A stretch of DNA of 64,000 nt from positions 736,001 to 800,000 of the forward strand of contig OY781945.1 in the NCBI GenBank assembly GCA_963677435.1. Direction: 5' to 3'. This DNA comes from an uncultured Aliarcobacter sp. (GTDB taxonomy: Bacteria > Campylobacterota > Campylobacteria > Campylobacterales > Arcobacteraceae). Below are positions 10,107-24,792 of the stretch, piece by piece. Both the position numbers and the translations under genes were made by a program. Position 1 is the stretch's first letter; each line of letters starts with the position of its first letter. The notes beneath the pieces are model-generated. The model ran no database searches and was not told the DNA's origin. It saw nothing but the letters and a program-made list of their open reading frames with translations.

Positions 10107-11671
10107 ATTTTTTTTCTCGTAAATTTTGAATTAAGTAATATAACTGCAATTGCAGTTGTTCCAACAAGAAGAAGACCTGGAAAACCAATTTTATAAAGTA
10201 ACTCATTACTAGCTAATTCATAAATTCTAATAGCTAAAGTATCAAAATTAAATGGTCTTAATATTAAAGTTGCTGGCAACTCTTTTGCTATATCTATATA
10301 AAGAATCAAAAATCCACTTAGAATATAAGGTTTCATTAAAGGCAAATATACTTTAAAAATATTGTTTGATTCACTTTTCCCAAATATCTTTGTTGCATCA
10401 TCTATACTTGTATCAATCTTACTAAAACCATTTTCAATAGAGCCAATACTCGAAGTAAAATATCTTGTAGTATAAGCAAAAATTAAAAGGAAAAAAGTTC
10501 CACCCATAAGTACATGTCCAAGTACTGTATCAACAAAACTACTGATTAATAATAAGCCAACTCCCACAACAGCTCCTGGAATTGAATATCCTAACATTGA
10601 CAATTTGTGAGTAAACTGTCCAATTTTACTTGGATAAAATCTAAGCATATACACAACAAAAAAAGATAATAAAATTATAATTATTGATGAGAAGATATTT
10701 AAACTAATTGTGTGATAAAAATAATCTAAAGTATCAAAATCTATAGAATCAAAATCAGATATAAACCAATAGATTAATACAAAAGTTGGAATTAAAAGTG
10801 TAATTGTTGTAATAAAAAATGAGATGAAAAATGCAATTAAATTGTATTTACCTGTTAGTTTTATTTTTGAAGATTTTTTTCCACTAAATGTTGAGCTAAC
10901 AAATTTATATTTTTTTCTAATTAAACTCTCTGTCCATAATATTGCAAATACAAATACAAGTAAAATGATTGCCACATTTATAGATTGCATTAAATCACCA
11001 TATCCAAACCAGCTTTTAAAAATTCCCACACTAAAAGTTTCAATACCAAAATATAAAACTGTTCCATAATCACTTAATGTTTCCATAACAGCCAAAATGC
11101 TTCCTGCAAAAATAGCTGGATATGCAAGTGGTAAATATACTGTAAAAAAAGCTTTTATTGGATTTATTTTATGTAAAGAGATAAGTTCACCAACTGTTGA
11201 TGAAATAGAGCTAAATGATACTTTTGCAAGGATATAAACATACGGAAACATCGCAATCCCAAAAATAAATATAGCACCTGACATATTTAAAATGTCATAT
11301 CTTGCATCTATATTACCTAAAATTTCAGATAAAACACCTCTATATTCAAAAAAACCTACATAAGTGTAACCTAAAAGATAAGCTGGATATGCAAGGGGAA
11401 GTACAAATAATATTGAGAATATTTTATCTCCAGTATATTCAAATCTAGCACTTAAATATGAGCTTATTGTTCCTAATATTACAACAACAAAAAAAGTTCC
11501 TGCTACTAATATTGTTGTATTAGTGATATATCCAGCTAACATTTCACTGAATAAAAAACCAAAATCAAAGTTGCCTTTTATTATAAAGTAAAACAGTAGT
11601 GTTAATATTGGTAGTGATATACATAGCCCAATTATTGGGGCTATGAAATATTTAGATTTATTTATTTCCAA
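10103..11671 (-). CDS. fbpB: Fe(III) ABC transporter permease
   Basis: 522-aa duplicated TM permease; ETLSDYGTV, KELPATLILRPFNFDTLA. Confidence 0.87.
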   Translation of the reverse strand: MEINKSKYFIAPIIGLCISLPILTLLFYFIIKGNFDFGFLFSEMLAGYITNTTILVAGTFFVVVILGTISSYLSARFEYTGDKIFSILFVLPLAYPAYLLGYTYVGFFEYRGVLSEILGNIDARYDILNMSGAIFIFGIAMFPYVYILAKVSFSSISSTVGELISLHKINPIKAFFTVYLPLAYPAIFAGSILAVMETLSDYGTVLYFGIETFSVGIFKSWFGYGDLMQSINVAIILLVFVFAILWTESLIRKKYKFVSSTFSGKKSSKIKLTGKYNLIAFFISFFITTITLLIPTFVLIYWFISDFDSIDFDTLDYFYHTISLNIFSSIIIILLSFFVVYMLRFYPSKIGQFTHKLSMLGYSIPGAVVGVGLLLISSFVDTVLGHVLMGGTFFLLIFAYTTRYFTSSIGSIENGFSKIDTSIDDATKIFGKSESNNIFKVYLPLMKPYILSGFLILYIDIAKELPATLILRPFNFDTLAIRIYELASNELLYKIGFPGLLLVGTTAIAVILLNSKFTRKKI

Positions 11672-12669
11672 TTTGCTTTTGTAGCTATTTCTACAGCCTC
11701 TTTAGTATATTTTCCAACTTCATTTAATTGAATTTTATCTTCTTTAAATGTTCCCCAAGAACTTACAATTTCAGAAGATTTTGCTTTTGGATTTGCAGGA
11801 AATTCTTGATTTGCTTCTGCAAAAACTTCTTGCGCTTCAACAGAACTTAAAAATTCGATAAATTTAATTGCATTCTCTTTATTTTTTGCATAATATGTAA
11901 CTCCAGCTCCTGAAATATTCATATGAGTTCCAGTTGTTTCTTGTGCAGGGAAAAATATTTTTAAACTTTTTGCAATTTCAAGATCTTTTTTATTTTTACT
12001 ATTTAACATAACACCTAAATAATAAGTATTAACAATAGCAATATCAGCATCACCAGCACCAACTGCTACAATTTGATCTTTATCAGCACCTTTTGGATTG
12101 TATGGGAAATTATTAACTAATCCTTTTGAAAATTCTAAAGCTTTATCTTCTCCATAATGTGCAATAATTGAAGCTAATAGAGATTTATTATAAGCAGCTG
12201 TTGATGATCTTGTAATTACTCTTCCTTTGAATTTTTCTTGAGTAAGACTAAAATAATCACCTAAATCAGCAGGGTTAACTTTTTGTGGATTATAAACAAA
12301 AACTCTAGCTCTTTTTGTCAGTGCAAACCAATTATTATCAGTGTCTCTTAAGTTTTCAGGGATATTTTCATTTAATATTTTTGACTTAATTGGTTGTAAT
12401 AATTTTCTTTGTTTAGCTTGATATAAATTTCCAATATCAGCAGTAATTAGTACATCAGCAGGAGTATTTGCACCCTCAATTGCAAGTTTTGCAACAAGTT
12501 CTTCTGCTTTTGCTGTAACTGCATTTACTTTGATTCCAGTTTCTTTTTCAAATTGTTTATATAAGATTTTATCAGAATCGTAGTGTCTTTGAGAATATAC
12601 ATTTACCTCTTGTGAAGCAAACAATGAAGAGGCTAAAATAATTGCTCCCAATGTTAATTTTTTAATCAT
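11662..12669 (-). CDS. fbpA: Fe(III) ABC transporter periplasmic binding protein (FbpA/FutA-like)
   Basis: Signal peptide, VNVYSQRHY, TPADVLITAD, IVNTYY twin Tyr, HMNISGAG. Confidence 0.9.
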   Translation of the reverse strand: MIKKLTLGAIILASSLFASQEVNVYSQRHYDSDKILYKQFEKETGIKVNAVTAKAEELVAKLAIEGANTPADVLITADIGNLYQAKQRKLLQPIKSKILNENIPENLRDTDNNWFALTKRARVFVYNPQKVNPADLGDYFSLTQEKFKGRVITRSSTAAYNKSLLASIIAHYGEDKALEFSKGLVNNFPYNPKGADKDQIVAVGAGDADIAIVNTYYLGVMLNSKNKKDLEIAKSLKIFFPAQETTGTHMNISGAGVTYYAKNKENAIKFIEFLSSVEAQEVFAEANQEFPANPKAKSSEIVSSWGTFKEDKIQLNEVGKYTKEAVEIATKANWK

Positions 12670-12729
12670 AAAATTCCTTTTTTTGTTTTATACAAAATTT
12701 AATTGTTGTATATTAATACTTTTTTTCTT

Positions 12730-12765
12730 TAATCATTCTTAATATTAAGAATGATTATCATATTA
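12730..12765. promoter_or_regulatory. Probable Fur operator with a perfect 28-bp palindrome upstream of the iron ABC operon
   Basis: TAATCATTCTTAATATTAAGAATGATTA (12730-12757) is self-complementary; overlapping AAGAATGATTATCATATTA resembles the Fur box GATAATGATAATCATTATC. Confidence 0.75.
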
Positions 12766-12841
12766 AGGAAGAATGATTTTTAAGATAAACAAATTTTATT
12801 ATTGTTATAATAGCAAACTTAAAAAAAAGGAAATAAGATAT

Positions 12842-13411
12842 ATGATTTTAATGATTGATAACTATGACTCTTTTACATATAATATAGTTCAATATTGCCT
12901 AGAATTAGGGGCAGACTTAAAGATTATAAGAAATGATGAATTAACTTTAAAACAAATAGAAGATTTAAATCCACAAAAAATTATAATATCTCCAGGCCCA
13001 GCAACACCTGATGATGCAGGAGTTTGTTTAGATGTAATAAAACATTTTGCTGGTAAAAAACCAATTTTCGGTATTTGTTTAGGACATCAAGCAATTGGAC
13101 AGGTATTTGGTGCAAATGTTGTAAGAGCTAAAAATATGATGCATGGAAAAACATCTTTAATTAAAGTTGTACAAGATACAAAAATTTTCGATGGCTTGCC
13201 AAAAGAGTTTACACAAACAAGATATCACTCATTAATCGTTGAGAAAGAAAATTTACCAGAAGATATTATTGTTACTTCATACAGTGAAGATGATGGAGAA
13301 ATAATGTCATTGGAAATAAAAGAAAAACAAATATATGGTGTTCAGTTTCACCCTGAGTCAATCATGAGTGAACATGGATATAAAATAATAGATAATTTCT
13401 TAAAATTATAA
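12842..13411 (+). CDS. Anthranilate/aminodeoxychorismate synthase component II (class I glutamine amidotransferase, TrpG/PabA)
   Basis: MILMIDNYDSFTYN, ISPGP, GICLGHQ, QFHPES; true start at ATG 12842 after AAGGA. Confidence 0.93.
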   Translation: MILMIDNYDSFTYNIVQYCLELGADLKIIRNDELTLKQIEDLNPQKIIISPGPATPDDAGVCLDVIKHFAGKKPIFGICLGHQAIGQVFGANVVRAKNMMHGKTSLIKVVQDTKIFDGLPKEFTQTRYHSLIVEKENLPEDIIVTSYSEDDGEIMSLEIKEKQIYGVQFHPESIMSEHGYKIIDNFLKL

Positions 13412-13416
13412 ACAAA

Positions 13417-14616
13417 ATGATAACAAACAACAAATATAAATACTATTTTTATTTAACACTTTTATTTTTAACATTTATATTGTTGTTTAAAGCAGGCAAT
13501 TCTCTCAGTATTTCATATAAAGAGGCTTTAAATGTATTTGTAAATACTTCAATTTTATCATTAATTACAAATACATCTATATATCTTTTTGGGCAAAATG
13601 ATATAGCATTAAGATTACCATTTATTTTATTTTATATATTTTCAGCTCTACTTATGTATAAAATCACTGAAAATTATTTTAGATATGAAAAAGATAGATA
13701 TATTTCTATTATTATATTTATGACACTTCCTGGGGTTCTTAGTGCTTCGTTATTAGTGAATAGTGCAATAATAGTAATTTTTTGTACTTTATTGTATTTA
13801 TATTATTATCAGAAATATAATAAACACTCATATTTCTTATTGCTCATATTTTTATTTATTGATAACTCTTTTGCAATTTTATATTTAGCACTATTCTTTT
13901 ATTCATTAAAAAATAAAGATACAAAACTTATGTATTTATCTTTAATATTGTTTACAATATCTATGTATATATATGGATTTTCAACAGGTGGAAAACCTAG
14001 AGGATTTTTAGTTGATACATTTGCAATATATGCGACTGTATTTTCTCCATTTTTATTTTTATACTTTTTATATACCATATACAGAGCATGGATAAAAAAA
14101 GAAAAAAATTTAATTTGGTATATATCAATAACAGCATTACTTTTGTCTTTGGTGGTTTCTTTTCGACAAAGAGTATATATAGAAGATTTTGCACCTTATG
14201 TAGTAATATTTTTACCCTTTATGTTAAAAACTTTTTTTCATGCATACAGAGTTAGATTAAAAGAATTCAGAATAAATTACAATATTTTGGCAGGATTAAT
14301 TGTTGTAATGTTATCTATTAATGTAATTCTAACTTTTGTAAATAAGCCTTTATATTTAGTATTACCAAATCCAACTAAACACTTTGTATATGAATATCAT
14401 TTTGTTAAAGAATTAGCTGAAGAGTTATCAAAACGAGGTGTTAAATCTATAACAACTGATGATGAAGAATTAGCTCTGAGGTTAAAATTTTATAATATAA
14501 ATAAAGGTGATGACTATTTTTTAACATTAAAAAATTATGATTATCCTAGTCAAAGGATAAGTATAAAATATTATGGAAAAGAACTTTTCGTTGCATATTT
14601 AATAAAATTAAAATGA
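13417..14616 (+). CDS. Multi-pass membrane protein, possibly GT-C/ArnT-like glycosyltransferase
   Basis: Many TM segments; FGQNDIALRLPF resembles the ArnT/PMT N-terminal motif. Confidence 0.55.
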   Translation: MITNNKYKYYFYLTLLFLTFILLFKAGNSLSISYKEALNVFVNTSILSLITNTSIYLFGQNDIALRLPFILFYIFSALLMYKITENYFRYEKDRYISIIIFMTLPGVLSASLLVNSAIIVIFCTLLYLYYYQKYNKHSYFLLLIFLFIDNSFAILYLALFFYSLKNKDTKLMYLSLILFTISMYIYGFSTGGKPRGFLVDTFAIYATVFSPFLFLYFLYTIYRAWIKKEKNLIWYISITALLLSLVVSFRQRVYIEDFAPYVVIFLPFMLKTFFHAYRVRLKEFRINYNILAGLIVVMLSINVILTFVNKPLYLVLPNPTKHFVYEYHFVKELAEELSKRGVKSITTDDEELALRLKFYNINKGDDYFLTLKNYDYPSQRISIKYYGKELFVAYLIKLK

Positions 14617-15270
14617 AAAAATCATTTTCACTACTAGAGTTAGTATTAGTTATTTCTTTAATCGCCTTTTTATATACAATATTTCTTCCCAAAAATAAAA
14701 TTAATTATCTTAATGAATTCACAAATAGAATATCTTTATATCTGTCATTCGCACGATATGTTGCCTTAATAGACAATAAGTATGATTACTTTTATTCTTA
14801 TAATACTAATTACCCTTTACGTATTAAACAGATTTATAGTAAAGTACGAAGTAGTAGTATACAGAGCTAATTACCCTAAATATTTTTGAAATAAACAATC
14901 AAATTCAATATATAGTGACAAAAATAAATCAGGTCATCCAAGTATTGAAGATAGTTTAAAAGATCCATTAAGTGGTAAAAATATATATAGTTCAAATTAT
15001 TGTAAAGAAAATAGTTCAAATAGTAAATATGTATTAATTACAAAAGAGTTTGGAATTACTGATGTTCAAATATCATGTAATGTTACAACTTCTCTAGGGC
15101 AATTATCTTTTGGTAGTGATGGAAAAGTATATTCAAGATTAAGTGCATACGAAAATAAGTCATATGAATATGAAATAACAGAGCCATGTAGTATAAAATT
15201 TATAACAAAAGATGGAGAAAGTAGTGAATTAGAACTATTTTCAAAAACAGGATATGCAAATGTAAAATAA
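14613..15270 (+). pseudogene. Disrupted type IV pilin/pseudopilin-like protein
   Basis: Prepilin N-terminus MKKSF-SLLELVLVI stops at 14870; a start-less open frame (+1) 14908..15270 reads IYSDKNKSGHPSIEDSLKDPLSGK...FSKTGYANVK. Confidence 0.7.
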
Positions 15271-15388
15271 AATACAATAAAAATATAGTAATAAAAAAGT
15301 AAGGCGAGAAGAAACACAATATAAGTATAGTAAAAGGAGAGAGAGAAGATGAATCCTAAAATTTAAGCTAAATTTTAGGTATAAGCTC

Positions 15389-15417
15389 TTGACAAAGCCA
15401 AAAGAATCTATTATAAT
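15389..15417 (+). promoter_or_regulatory. sigma70 promoter of the rRNA operon
   Basis: TTGACA (15389-15394), 17-bp spacer, TATAAT (15412-15417). Confidence 0.88.
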
Positions 15418-15708
15418 TCCCGTCCAATTTGACTGAAGCGCATCAAACGAGAGAATGATAGGAAGCGTTGAAATCGAAGCTGGATGATCTTTAAAAATAA
15501 TTATAACGTTTGTAAAGTAATCTTTATAAACCGAATATGAGACTCTTATAAAAATCTGTTATTTATTACAGATGTAAAATAAGAATAAATGTTAAAAATA
15601 TAAAAACAAACAAGAACAATATGGTAAAACATATAACTTGTCTATACTATGAGTGATAATTTTGTAATAGTAAAATAATACAGAATAAGTCAAGTTCAAA
15701 AACTTCAA

Positions 15709-17225
<1,517 letters not shown>

Positions 17226-17321
17226 CAGAGAATTGAGACTAGATTCGTTTCTAGTTTCAAAACTAAAAAGAAAGAGTTTTTATATTCGGTTTATAAAGAT
17301 TATTTAAATAGGTAGAAAAAT

Positions 17322-17398
17322 GGGCCTATAGCTCAGCTGGCTAGAGCGCTCGACTGATAATCGTGAGGTCCCAGGTTCAAGTCCTGGTAGGCCCACCA
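17322..17398 (+). tRNA. tRNA-Ile(GAT)
   Basis: GGGCCTA...TAGGCCCACCA cloverleaf, anticodon loop CTGATAA. Confidence 0.97.
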
Positions 17399-17465
17399 TT
17401 AAATAATCTATAAAGATTAATCATCGGGTCCTAAAAAAATGCAATTTTTTTGGGTAGATCAGTGT

Positions 17466-17541
17466 GGGGAATTAGCTCAGCTGGGAGAGCGCCTGCTTTG
17501 CACGCAGGAGGTCAGCGGTTCGATCCCGCTATTCTCCACCA
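17466..17541 (+). tRNA. tRNA-Ala(TGC)
   Basis: GGGGAAT...ATTCTCCACCA, anticodon loop TTTGCAC. Confidence 0.97.
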
Positions 17542-17888
17542 CCTATTAAAAATAAGCTAAAATTTATAATTAGAAGAAATGATAAACAAGATTAAATATA
17601 AGTTCAAAAAGAATTGAATTTATATTTGATTTTCGAATCAAAATGATATTTAAAAATATAATGTTAAAGTCTTTAATTTTTTCGTTTAATTAAAAGAACT
17701 AAAAGAATTTATTCTAATAGAACTAATAATTAAAAACAAAAATTTTAATTATCTAGAAATAGATAGAACACAACTTTTTTATAAGATATATAGAGTTAGT
17801 TAATTAGATTTAATTAATAAAGTATGTTTAATAAGATAGTAGCCAAAGAATATTATCAAAAATGCGACAGAATTTAATTCTGTTTATT

Positions 17889-20796
<2,908 letters not shown>

Positions 20797-20977
20797 TTTA
20801 ACAAATTCTTTGGTTTACTATCTTATTAAATATATTGATTATATGTTTAATATAAATGTGTGATTTTTAGAAAGAACAAAAAGACTTTAACATTATTTTT
20901 TTCTTAACTCCTAAACGAGTTGAGTGTAAAGTGTATTTACATATTTATTTATGTTTTTACTTTTTACACTCAACTTT

Positions 20978-21093
20978 GCTGGTGGCTATAGAGAAGTGGA
21001 AATACCCAGTCCCATTCCGAACCTGGAAGTCAAGCACTTCATCGCCGATAATACTGCCGGGTCCCCTGGTGGAAACGTAGGCCGCTGCCAGCT
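20978..21093 (+). rRNA. rrf: 5S rRNA
   Basis: GCTGGTGGC...GCTGCCAGC terminal stem, CCCATTCCGAAC motif. Confidence 0.96.
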
Positions 21094-21109
21094 CTTGAGT
21101 TTTTTACAC

Positions 21110-21161
21110 AAGCTTTTAACTATTCGAACTTCTTGTTCCTCTAGTTAAAAGCTTTTTTTTT
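21110..21161 (+). terminator. Intrinsic terminator of the rRNA operon
   Basis: AAGCTTTTAACTA...TAGTTAAAAGCTT stem followed by a T run. Confidence 0.75.
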
Positions 21162-21298
21162 AGCCCGCTTTTTAGCCAAAATATGTTTTACTTATTGCAT
21201 TTGTATTTAGTTTCTTTTTCTGGCTATAATTGATTTACTTGGCTTTTATCCTTTTATATTAACTATATCTCTTAGTTAGCCAATACATTATTCTTTTT

Positions 21299-21374
21299 GC
21301 TTGCATAGCTCCAACGGTAGAGCAATTCCATGGTAAGGAAGAGGTTACAGGTTCAACTCCTGTTGTGAGCTCCA
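21299..21374 (+). tRNA. tRNA-Thr(GGT)
   Basis: GCTTGCA/TGTGAGC acceptor stem, GCTC/GAGC D stem, anticodon loop ATGGTAA, T arm ACAGG-TTCAACT-CCTGT, CCA end. Confidence 0.9.
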
Positions 21375-21470
21375 TCCCCCTCTTGTTGTAGTCTTATCTT
21401 ATATTTATCTCTTCCTAATTATTTAATGTTATTTTTGTATAATCTTTTATTATATTATTAAGGTTATGTT

Positions 21471-24285
21471 TTGAGTTACAGTTTAAATGAAGCAAATAAA
21501 GAGAGTTTAAAAAAAGATATTAACAATGGCAAAATAATTCCTTTTCTTGGAGCTGGTGTTTCTCAATCTTTAATATTAAAAGGAAGTGATAATAAATTAC
21601 CTTTTAAAAGCTGGAAAGATTTGCTAAAGACTTTAGCAACTATTATAATTGATGAAAATGATAAGAATCATATAGATTCATATTTTGAATTAAAAGATAT
21701 TGATTATTTAGAAATTGCAGATAAAATAAAAAAATTTTCAAATCAAATTGATTATTCTAAAAAGCTTGAAGAAGTGATTACAACTGATTATGACTTAATA
21801 GACAATAATTCTTACATTTTGGCTAAAAATATTTGAAGTTAAATTCAAAACTTATAATTACTACAAACTATGATAGTGTTTTAGAAAAAGCATGTGAAAG
21901 TGATAATGTACAAGCATTATATTTAGATAATAATTTTAAACTTTCTCAAGTTGTTTCAGATGAACTAACAAAACCAACGGTTTGGAATATACATGGGCAT
22001 GAATCTAATATTGATTCAATCATACTTACAAGTGATAGTTATAAAAAGCTTTATGACAATTTAAAAGTTAATTCTCAACTTCATACTTTAAAAACATTAG
22101 TTACTACAAAATCACTTTTATTTATTGGCTTTGGATATGAAGATAATATGGCTAATGTTATAAAAGTTATATTAGATTTATATGCTGGATATGGCAGAAA
22201 TCATTATCTGATAATAAAAGAAGATAAAGTGATAAGTAATTTAGGTAAAAATATAAAATTAATTACTTATAAAAAACATAGTGATTTACCAAAACTTATT
22301 GAAGAGTTAATACCACATAATTCTGTTGAAATAAGTGAGAAAAAACAAATCAGAGATATTGATAGATATTGGACTATTAAACCAAGTGTTAATACAGAGT
22401 TCATTGGTAGAAAAGATGATTTAGAAAAAATTGATGAAATGTTGCAAAAAAGTAACGTGACTTTAATCGTAAATGGAATTGGTGGTGTTGGGAAAAGTGA
22501 GATTGTAAGAAAATATATGTTTTTAAATGAAGATAAATATGAGAATATTATATTTCTAGAGATTTCTGAAAAAACAACATTTGAAAGTTTGATGATAACT
22601 TCTTTCAAAGAAAAACTTGAACTAGATAAAGATAGTACAATTGATACGGTTATAAAAAGATTACAAAATATAAGTGGTAAAAATCTTTTTATACTTGATA
22701 ATTTAGAATCAAAAGAGGATTATGAAAAACTAAAACTTTTAAATCATAATTTTGATTTATTAATAACTACAAGACTTAAAAATATTGATGAAATAAATCA
22801 GATAAATTTGGATGTTTTGAATGATACTGATGCAATAGAATTATTTAAATTAAAGTATAACACAGATGAAGAGATAGGTGATATTGTAAAAGAGTATTTG
22901 GGAAATCATCCACTGTTTATAAAACTAACAGCAAAGTCACTTAGAAATGGATTTATTACACTTGAAGAGTTGAAAAAGAAAAAACTAAAAGATATAGATA
23001 TTGATGATGAAAAAACATTTCAAGAGCATTTAGAAGATAATTTTAATAGACAATATGAGAGCTTAAGAAAAGAGGATTTAAAAGAGTTGTTATTAACGCT
23101 TTCACTTTTTCCATCTCTTGAGATTGATATTAGTGTGTTTGAAAAATGTTTTGATGATGAAAATATAAAAAATAAACTAATTAAACTTGAGAAAAATGGC
23201 TGGTTAGATAAAAAAGAAAATAGTTTTAAACTTCATCAAATTATAAAAGAGTACCTAAATAGAAAAGAAGAATTAGATTATGAAAAAGTAAAGCTTATAT
23301 TTAAAAGAGTTGCTGAATTTATAAATCCTAATGATTCTACTGTAAATGCAAATAGTTTGATTTATTATATCCCTATTATTGAATCTTTTTTGAATGATTA
23401 TGAAAAGTATGATGATGAGTATATTATTGGATTAAATGATTCTTTAACATTTTTATATTATTCCCTTGCAAAGTATGAAAAAGCTTTAAATATACAAGAG
23501 AGAATGTTATATTTAAGAGAAAGGTTATTCGGCAAAGATAACAATGAATATGCGAAAGGCTTAAATTTTAAAGCAATTATATTTAATCAATTAGGAAAAT
23601 ATAATGAAGCTTTAGAATTACATAGAAATGCAATAAGAATAAGAGAAAATAAAGAAGTTCTAAAAGAAGATTTGATTGTAAGTTATAATAATATATCAAT
23701 GATTTATTGTAATTTTGGGAAAAATAACTTAGCGCTTGATTTTTTAAAAGAATCTTTAAAATTATATGAAGAAATCTTTATTATAAGAAATGGTTTATTA
23801 TCTTCTATTTATAATAATATTTCAGTAGTTCATAAGAATTTAGGGAACTATGAAAAAGCATTAGATTTTATTAAAAAAGATTTAGTAATTAGTGAAACAA
23901 TTTTAGATGGAAATCATATAGATTTAGCTTTAAGTTATAATAATATATCAACAATATATCAAGATTTGAAGAAACTTGATTTGCATTGATTTATGCAAAA
24001 AAATCTTTAAATATAATGGAGTTAGTATTAGATAAAAATCATCCAAACTTAGCAAAAAATTATAATAATATAGCACATATATATAAAGATTTAAAAGAGT
24101 GTAAAAATGCGAAAGAGTATATGAAAAAAGCAAAAAGGATTTTTTCTTTATATGAATATAAAAACAGTGACGTTTTTTATGCAAATCATTTTATAAAAAA
24201 TATAGAGCATAATATTAAAAAAGAAGAGAAGCTAAACTACAAAAAAAGAGGAAAATATTGTAAAGATTTAGAAAAAGAGAATTAA
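21471..24285 (+). pseudogene. SIR2-like NADase + NB-ARC (STAND) NTPase + TPR protein, split into three ORFs (21471..21836, 21833..23989, 23986..24285)
   Basis: SIR2: IIPFLGAGVS, IITTNYD, NIHG, LLFIGFG. STAND: FIGR, GIGGVGKS, LFILDN, LLITTR, GNHPL. TPR-like helices with YNNI motifs. One added base at each junction gives one 938-aa frame. Confidence 0.82.
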
Positions 24286-24791
24286 TCTCTTTTTTCTAAA
24301 ATTTCTATTGAAACAATTTTGTCTTTTTGTTTGATTGCATCAAGAGTAGCAAAACTATCTTCATCACTTTCTTCAATTCCACCAAATACAGTATGACCAC
24401 CATCTAAATGAGGACAAGGTACAAAACAGATAAAAAATTGGCTTCCACCTGTATTTTTACCAGCGTGAGCCATTGATAAACTTCCTCTGTTGTGAACTTG
24501 TTTTTCAGCTTTTGTTTCACACTCAATAGACCATCCAGGACCTCCTGCACCAGAACCTTCTGGACAACCACCTTGTGCCATGAATCCTGGAATTACTCTG
24601 TGAAAGTTTAATCCATTATAAAATCCATCATTTGCTAATGTAGCAAAATTTGATACAGCTGTTGGTGTTTCTTGATTAAATAGCTTAATCCAAATTACTC
24701 CATTTTCAGTAGTAATTTTTGCATAGTTAAATTTTGATAACTCTTCTTGTGTTAAATTATATTTTTTTAATTCTTTTTTAAATCCGAACAT
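24282..24791 (-). CDS. ppiB: Cyclophilin-type peptidyl-prolyl cis-trans isomerase
   Basis: FYNGLNFHRVIPGFMAQGG, SMAHAGKNTGGSQFFI, HLDGGHTVFG. Confidence 0.93.
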   Translation of the reverse strand: MFGFKKELKKYNLTQEELSKFNYAKITTENGVIWIKLFNQETPTAVSNFATLANDGFYNGLNFHRVIPGFMAQGGCPEGSGAGGPGWSIECETKAEKQVHNRGSLSMAHAGKNTGGSQFFICFVPCPHLDGGHTVFGGIEESDEDSFATLDAIKQKDKIVSIEILEKRD

Positions 24792-24792
24792 T

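Noticed and set aside
23480..24150. Recurring TATAATAATAT-type DNA repeats
   Set aside because: Explained by YNNI codons in TPR-like repeats.
21374..24300. tRNA-targeted integrative island carrying the SIR2 gene
   Set aside because: No integrase and no duplicated tRNA 3' end found by eye; only adjacency is supported.
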